DNA of 32,000 nt from Dickeya dadantii NCPPB 898 (GTDB taxonomy: Bacteria > Pseudomonadota > Gammaproteobacteria > Enterobacterales > Enterobacteriaceae), in NCBI RefSeq assembly GCF_000406145.1, contig NZ_CM001976.1, positions 1,765,117 to 1,797,116 on the forward strand, read 5' to 3'. This document shows, in pieces, positions 27,990 through 32,000 of the stretch. Below the pieces are notes generated by a model. That model was given only the letters and a program-made list of their open reading frames with translations. It was not told where the DNA came from and did not search any database. The position numbers were made by a program, and so were the translations under genes. Every line of letters starts with the position of its first letter. The stretch's first letter is position 1.

Positions 27990-28217
27990 CTGTATCCAAC
28001 GTGATACGGATGCATAGAAAAGTCCACGCGAAAGCGCTGAGGAATCCCCAGTAATGGGTGGGTAAAAAAAGACAGGCATAGAGTTATGTGATCTACTGAT
28101 TGTTCCACCAATTCAATAAGGTCACCTCTATGCCTGCCCGACAAGTGAAGTGGTTTACTGAATTTGGCCACCTGAACAGAGGTGATATGCTCACCTCAGA
28201 ACAACACATGTACACCA

Positions 28218-28519
<302 letters not shown>

Positions 28520-28520
<1 letters not shown>

Positions 28521-28690
28521 TCGCGAAACTTAGGGCGCGTTATCCTGCGGCCTCTCTCTGCCACGTGTTCGGGGTTCATCGTAGCAGCTACAAATACTGG
28601 CAAAACTGGATTGAGAAACCATTGAGACGGCATACTGGTGCGGGCGTGACACTTTTTCGTGAAAGTGTCAGACTCGATTTTTATGCAATG
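28520..28690 (+). pseudogene. 5' remnant of IS911-type orfB (transposase catalytic part deleted)
   Basis: The -1 frame reads [34 protein letters not shown]..., then degenerates and stops (..SEMAF*) with no DDE region. Confidence 0.6.
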
Positions 28691-28885
28691 TATCGAAAAG
28701 GATATTCTGAAATGGCTTTCTGAAAGAATTCTGAAATGCAAAGGGCTGCATACGCAACCCCTTGATAAATTTGGCTCCTCTGACTGGGATCGCCTTTGCC
28801 AGTAAATGGCTAATAAGTAAGCTAAGCCGGAAGTCTCTTCCTGTCAAGACCACCAAAATGACCACCGTTTTATGAGAAGAGCGAG

Positions 28886-28917
28886 AAGTATAAGTGAGGA
28901 TATCCTCACTTATACTT
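28886..28917. repeat. Perfect 32-bp palindrome AAGTATAAGTGAGGAT/ATCCTCACTTATACTT
   Basis: The two arms (28886-28901 and 28902-28917) are exact reverse complements. It is followed by TTGGG and lies in DNA with no credible coding sequence. Confidence 0.9.
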
Positions 28918-29113
28918 TTGGGTGCTGAAATTATGATTGAACGGTCTTTCAGAACAAACATTATCATGATTTGAGCGTTACATACGTATAGAGGGCATGA
29001 TAGGCATGTATGTGTTGTAACCAACTAATCTGTATGAGATATTGAATTTACACATTTTTGAGTGAGGTTTTCACTCCGCTGTGTTGATACAGCGTATATA
29101 TAGCAGATACGAA

Positions 29114-29365
29114 ATGGCTAAAAAAATCATTAGTATACTGAGTTTGTTAGGGTGTATCACTGCTTTTGTCTCAGCTTGGTTTACCAATAATACAACATGG
29201 TATTTTACAGCATTAGGTTTACTTTTAACCTTTATAGGTACTTTTGTCGTGGGTAAGGCGCCTTCTGGACACGTTGTTAAACAGAAAGGTGGCGCTTTTT
29301 CAAAAAATAATCAAAATGTATACTTTGGGAACGTTAATACAGGCAAGGATGACAAAAATGAGTGA
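29114..29365 (+). CDS. Small two-TM membrane protein with a C-terminal QKGG-motif tail; candidate membrane effector of the downstream ATPase system
   Basis: MAKK, then two ~19-aa hydrophobic helices (IISILSLLGCITAFVSAWF and WYFTALGLLLTFIGTFVVG), then a polar tail VKQKGGAFSKNNQNVYFGNVNTGKDDKNE. The stop overlaps the next start (ATGAGTGA). The SD is weak, so ATG 29114 was chosen over GTG 29081. Confidence 0.6.
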   Translation: MAKKIISILSLLGCITAFVSAWFTNNTTWYFTALGLLLTFIGTFVVGKAPSGHVVKQKGGAFSKNNQNVYFGNVNTGKDDKNE

Positions 29366-29948
29366 GATCTCTCAGAAAGGAGGTTTTGGTTCCCATAATA
29401 CTCAGATTGTGATTCAAGATTCAATTGTAGATGTTGTACGTTCCCCTTCTATATTTATGCAATTGGTTTCAATATTATCCGGCACACCAAGAAAAGATGT
29501 GCCATCTGATAATTACCAATCTTATGATATTGAGAGAAAAATAGAATTCAATGACATAATTAAACATAGAGAAAAAATAGAATATTATTACGCCTACGTA
29601 TCCATGATAGAAACGGCATATACGACGCTAAATGAATCTAGAGCATCGGCTAGAGAAACATCACTTGAATATATAAATTCTAAATACAAAGATTGTGTTG
29701 GTGATATTCTTCTTAAAAACAAAGAGCTTGTAAAAGGGAAGAAAAGAGAGGAAGTCGAGGAAATTAGAAGGGTTATAATAAAGGAGAATTCTGATGAGAT
29801 AATTGATTGTGTTATAGAGCACATAAACAAAACGTGTGCAAAGTCTATCTCATCAATTAATTGTAGTATTGAAGAAATAGCAATACATTCTGAGTTGATT
29901 GTTTTCCATGCGTTTGTTGAATGCAAAGTGTTGGAAAAACCATTATGA
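29358..29948 (+). CDS. Helical protein of unknown function, resembling the C-terminal adaptor domain of ABC-3C/Lamassu effector subunits but with no enzymatic domain
   Basis: AAGGA lies 8 nt before ATG 29358 (alternative start ATG 29349). The N-terminus SQKGGFGSHNTQIVIQ repeats the tail motif of the upstream ORF. The remainder is predicted helical, K/E-rich, and ends IHSELIVFHAFVECKVLEKPL. The stop overlaps the next start (ATGA at 29945-29948). Confidence 0.65.
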   Translation: MSEISQKGGFGSHNTQIVIQDSIVDVVRSPSIFMQLVSILSGTPRKDVPSDNYQSYDIERKIEFNDIIKHREKIEYYYAYVSMIETAYTTLNESRASARETSLEYINSKYKDCVGDILLKNKELVKGKKREEVEEIRRVIIKENSDEIIDCVIEHINKTCAKSISSINCSIEEIAIHSELIVFHAFVECKVLEKPL

Positions 29949-30183
29949 TACTATCTGACAGCCTAAAACCCGATCAGACGATCTATTACTTGGGTGCTAA
30001 ATTACTGCATTGTATTAAAAATGAACCATCAATGGTAATTGATAGCATATATCTTTTTGACAAATTTAAAAAATCCGCGAACAAAAAATCACATTTTCTC
30101 AGTATATGTACACATTAGATTGGCTTTATTTGTTGGATTTGGTTGATGTTAATAATCAAGGGGACATTATCATATGTTTTTAA
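29945..30183 (+). pseudogene. Small middle-component-like gene, interrupted as sequenced by a 1-nt frame offset (57 aa as read; ~79 aa if restored)
   Basis: The frame from ATG 29945 stops at TAG 30116-30118. The -1 frame is open from 30070 and reads ..ITFSQYMYTLDWLYLLDLVDVNNQGDIIICF*, ending at TAA 30181-30183, which overlaps the ATPase ATG (30174) by 10 nt. Two A6 runs (30068-30073 and 30083-88) are candidate indel sites. Confidence 0.55.
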
Positions 30184-31877
30184 AAAAACTGGAGGTTTAC
30201 TCTCAATCTCTTGGGATGATTAGAGATATTTCTTTTCATAATGGTGTGAACTTGATTCTGGATAGAAGTACAGTAAAGAAATCAGAAACAGGGAATAGCG
30301 TAGGTAAGACAACAGCTTTGAGAGCAATTGACTTTTGCTTGGGAGCTAAACAAGAGAACTTTTATATAGACCCTGAGTTTAAAACCGAAGATTCAGCGAT
30401 AAAGAGTTTCTTGATTGATAATGAAGTTGTCTTCACGATTATATTAAATACGACTAGTAATCGTGAATTGATTATTAGTCGAATAATTAGCGCTAACTCA
30501 AAAATTCACGCCACTATAAATGGTACGGTTTTCACCAATCTGTCGTCACTCCATGAAGCTTTAAAACTCAATCTATTTTTGAGTTCTTCGCTGAAGCCGA
30601 CATTCAGACAAATCATGTCTCGTTTCGTTAGAAACTCAACTGAAAAGATGTCTAATGCATTAAAAACATTACAAATGGCGTCTTTGGCTGATTATGAAAC
30701 ACTTAATCTTTTCCTATTCGGTTTTGACAATGCTAATATTCTTAGTGAAAAGCAAAAAATAGGGAAAGAACTAAAAAAAATTGAAAAAGAATTTGATGTC
30801 ATTCTGAAAATAAGATCTAAAAATTCTATAGAACAATCATTATCTGTCATTGAAAGGGAAATTAAAGAGAAAGAAAAAGATATCGCCAATTACAATTTAG
30901 GTGAGTCTTATTCTGCGCAGATGAATGAAATTAACGCTATAAAATTAAAAGTATCTCAACTATCATTAGATCTGTCTGTTCTTGAAATGAAAAGAAGTTT
31001 AAATGAAAAAGCAATAAAAGATCTTCTTGAACAGCAAGATAATACAGACCCTGACGAATTAAAAAAACTTTACGAAGAAGTTACTTTCAGAGTTGTTAGT
31101 ATAAGTAAAACCTTTGAAGAGGCACTTGATTTTCACAATAAGATGATAGTGAAGAAAGTTGAGTTTATTAATTCTCAAATGGAATCATTGATTACAAATA
31201 TTGATGAGGTAAAAAGAAGTTTAAATATATGGCTGGAGAAAGAGTCTAGTATCTTGAGGGAATTATCTCAGTTAGGATCATTAAGTGATCTTCAGATAAT
31301 ACAGAAAGATGTTAATAAGCTTTATGAAAACAAGGGAAGTTTTGAAAGCTCATTAAACCAAATATTGGATTATGAAGAAAAAATAGAAAAAGCTAGAGGA
31401 AAACTAAATGAAGTTGCTTCTGAGATTGATGTGAATCTCGAAAGATTTAACGAAAAACTATCTGTTTTCAATAAATATTTTTCTGCATATACAAAGGAAT
31501 TATATCATGAAGAATATATATTAAGTTATGATGAAAGCAAAGGAAACTATGTTTTTAAAGTTGAGCCATTAGGTGCAATTAAAAGTAAAGGCAATCAAGG
31601 TGAAGGTAAAAAGAAAGCTCAGGTTTCAGCACTTGACCTCGCTTATCTTTCAACACAAGAAGAAAATAATTCAAAAACATTAAGATTCATTGCGCATGAT
31701 GGAATTGAAGCCATACATTCCAACCAAATAAAAACATTATTTGACATTGCATCATCTATAAACGGCCAGTATATATTGTCTATATTAAAAGATAAACTGT
31801 CATCAGTAGACACTGATTTTATAGAGCAGCACACAGTTCTCGAATTAAGTGAAGATGATAAGTTTTTTAAAATATAA
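30174..31877 (+). CDS. Coiled-coil ABC/SMC-like ATPase (DUF2326-like; ABC-3C / LmuB-like)
   Basis: AAGGGGA SD ~9 nt upstream. N-terminal half-head with Walker A GNSVGKT (30291-30311). About 250 aa of K/E-rich heptad-like sequence (aa ~190-440). C-terminal half-head with a signature-like NQGEGKKKAQVSALDLAYL and Walker B LRFIAHD (31680-31700). Confidence 0.8.
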   Translation: MFLKKLEVYSQSLGMIRDISFHNGVNLILDRSTVKKSETGNSVGKTTALRAIDFCLGAKQENFYIDPEFKTEDSAIKSFLIDNEVVFTIILNTTSNRELIISRIISANSKIHATINGTVFTNLSSLHEALKLNLFLSSSLKPTFRQIMSRFVRNSTEKMSNALKTLQMASLADYETLNLFLFGFDNANILSEKQKIGKELKKIEKEFDVILKIRSKNSIEQSLSVIEREIKEKEKDIANYNLGESYSAQMNEINAIKLKVSQLSLDLSVLEMKRSLNEKAIKDLLEQQDNTDPDELKKLYEEVTFRVVSISKTFEEALDFHNKMIVKKVEFINSQMESLITNIDEVKRSLNIWLEKESSILRELSQLGSLSDLQIIQKDVNKLYENKGSFESSLNQILDYEEKIEKARGKLNEVASEIDVNLERFNEKLSVFNKYFSAYTKELYHEEYILSYDESKGNYVFKVEPLGAIKSKGNQGEGKKKAQVSALDLAYLSTQEENNSKTLRFIAHDGIEAIHSNQIKTLFDIASSINGQYILSILKDKLSSVDTDFIEQHTVLELSEDDKFFKI

Positions 31878-31886
31878 AATAATCAT

Positions 31887-31920
31887 AGGCTCTGAAAATA
31901 TGATCAGAGTCTATATTATT
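31887..31920 (+). terminator. Candidate rho-independent terminator after the ATPase gene
   Basis: AGGCTCTGA (31887-31895) pairs with TCAGAGTCT (31904-31912), with one G-U pair and an 8-nt loop. It is followed by ATATTATT. Confidence 0.45.
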
Positions 31921-32000
31921 AACCACTCTTTATACCTTCATATCTTATCGGAAAAATAGTTTCTGGCTTTAATAAATATTGAGGACTATGTCAGAACATA

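Noticed and set aside
28030-28062. GAGGAATCCCCAG segment reminiscent of an ERIC/IRU enterobacterial repeat core
   Set aside because: Only a ~10-nt resemblance recalled from memory, with no flanking palindromic structure of ERIC length. This is too weak to call.
27807-28171. Minus-strand ORFs 27807-28079 and 27986-28171, spanning the sbnB-like 3' end and the IS left end
   Set aside because: They cross a gene end, an intergenic repeat and the IS inverted repeat, and their translations show no recognisable fold or motif. They are most likely chance ORFs.
28182-28217. N-terminal extension of IS orfA ([12 protein letters not shown]) from the ORF-track start
   Set aside because: It lies within the terminal inverted-repeat and leader region. 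The recognisable OrfA sequence begins at MKRRNF (ATG 28218).
29244-29357. Upstream extension of the adaptor-like ORF (MSWVRRLLDTLLNRKVALFQKIIKMYTLG...) in the ORF track
   Set aside because: It overlaps the 2-TM ORF in another frame, where the TM reading is far more protein-like. ATG 29358 has a well-spaced AAGGA.
30068-30090. Programmed -1 ribosomal frameshifting or transcriptional slippage as the explanation for the middle-component break
   Set aside because: It is not excluded, but the AAA AAA codons are not preceded by an A (no X XXY YYZ heptamer), A6 is short for efficient transcriptional slippage, and I see no obvious downstream stimulatory structure. An indel or a sequencing error is more parsimonious.
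31988-32000. Possible start of another gene (ATG 31988, MSEH...) at the window edge
   Set aside because: Only four codons are visible, and the GAGGA lies just 2 nt from the ATG, so it cannot be supported.

Overview
All convincing genes are on the + strand, and the window has three parts. (1) nt 1-27,989 is a non-ribosomal peptide (NRPS/PKS-like) biosynthetic gene cluster. It starts with the 3' end of an upstream NRPS that ends in a variant condensation (C) domain. Then come a type II thioesterase, a full-length ABCC/MRP-like exporter, a 2,587-aa NRPS (C-A-T-C-A-T-C), and a ~3,335-aa megasynthetase that is split into two ORFs at a T7 homopolymer. The megasynthetase reads pseudo-A, FAAL-like ligase, KR, T, C, C', A(Thr), T. 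After it come a polytopic M28 metallopeptidase and an SbnA/SbnB-like gene pair for L-2,3-diaminopropionate (L-Dap) synthesis. (2) nt ~28,146-28,690 is a truncated IS911-like (IS3 family) element, followed by ~400 bp of non-coding, repeat-bearing DNA. (3) nt ~29,080-31,920 is a visibly AT-richer four-ORF module: a 2-TM protein, a helical protein, a ~80-aa middle component that is frameshifted as sequenced, and a 567-aa coiled-coil ABC/SMC-like ATPase. I read this as an uncharacterised ABC-three-component (ABC-3C)/Lamassu-like conflict system with a membrane effector, and it is my best candidate for the novel system. I saw no tRNA, rRNA or CRISPR array. All calls rest on reading the translations by eye; no database search was possible. 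The host looks like an Enterobacterales genome (IS911-type element, mid-40s % GC by eye), but this is a guess.
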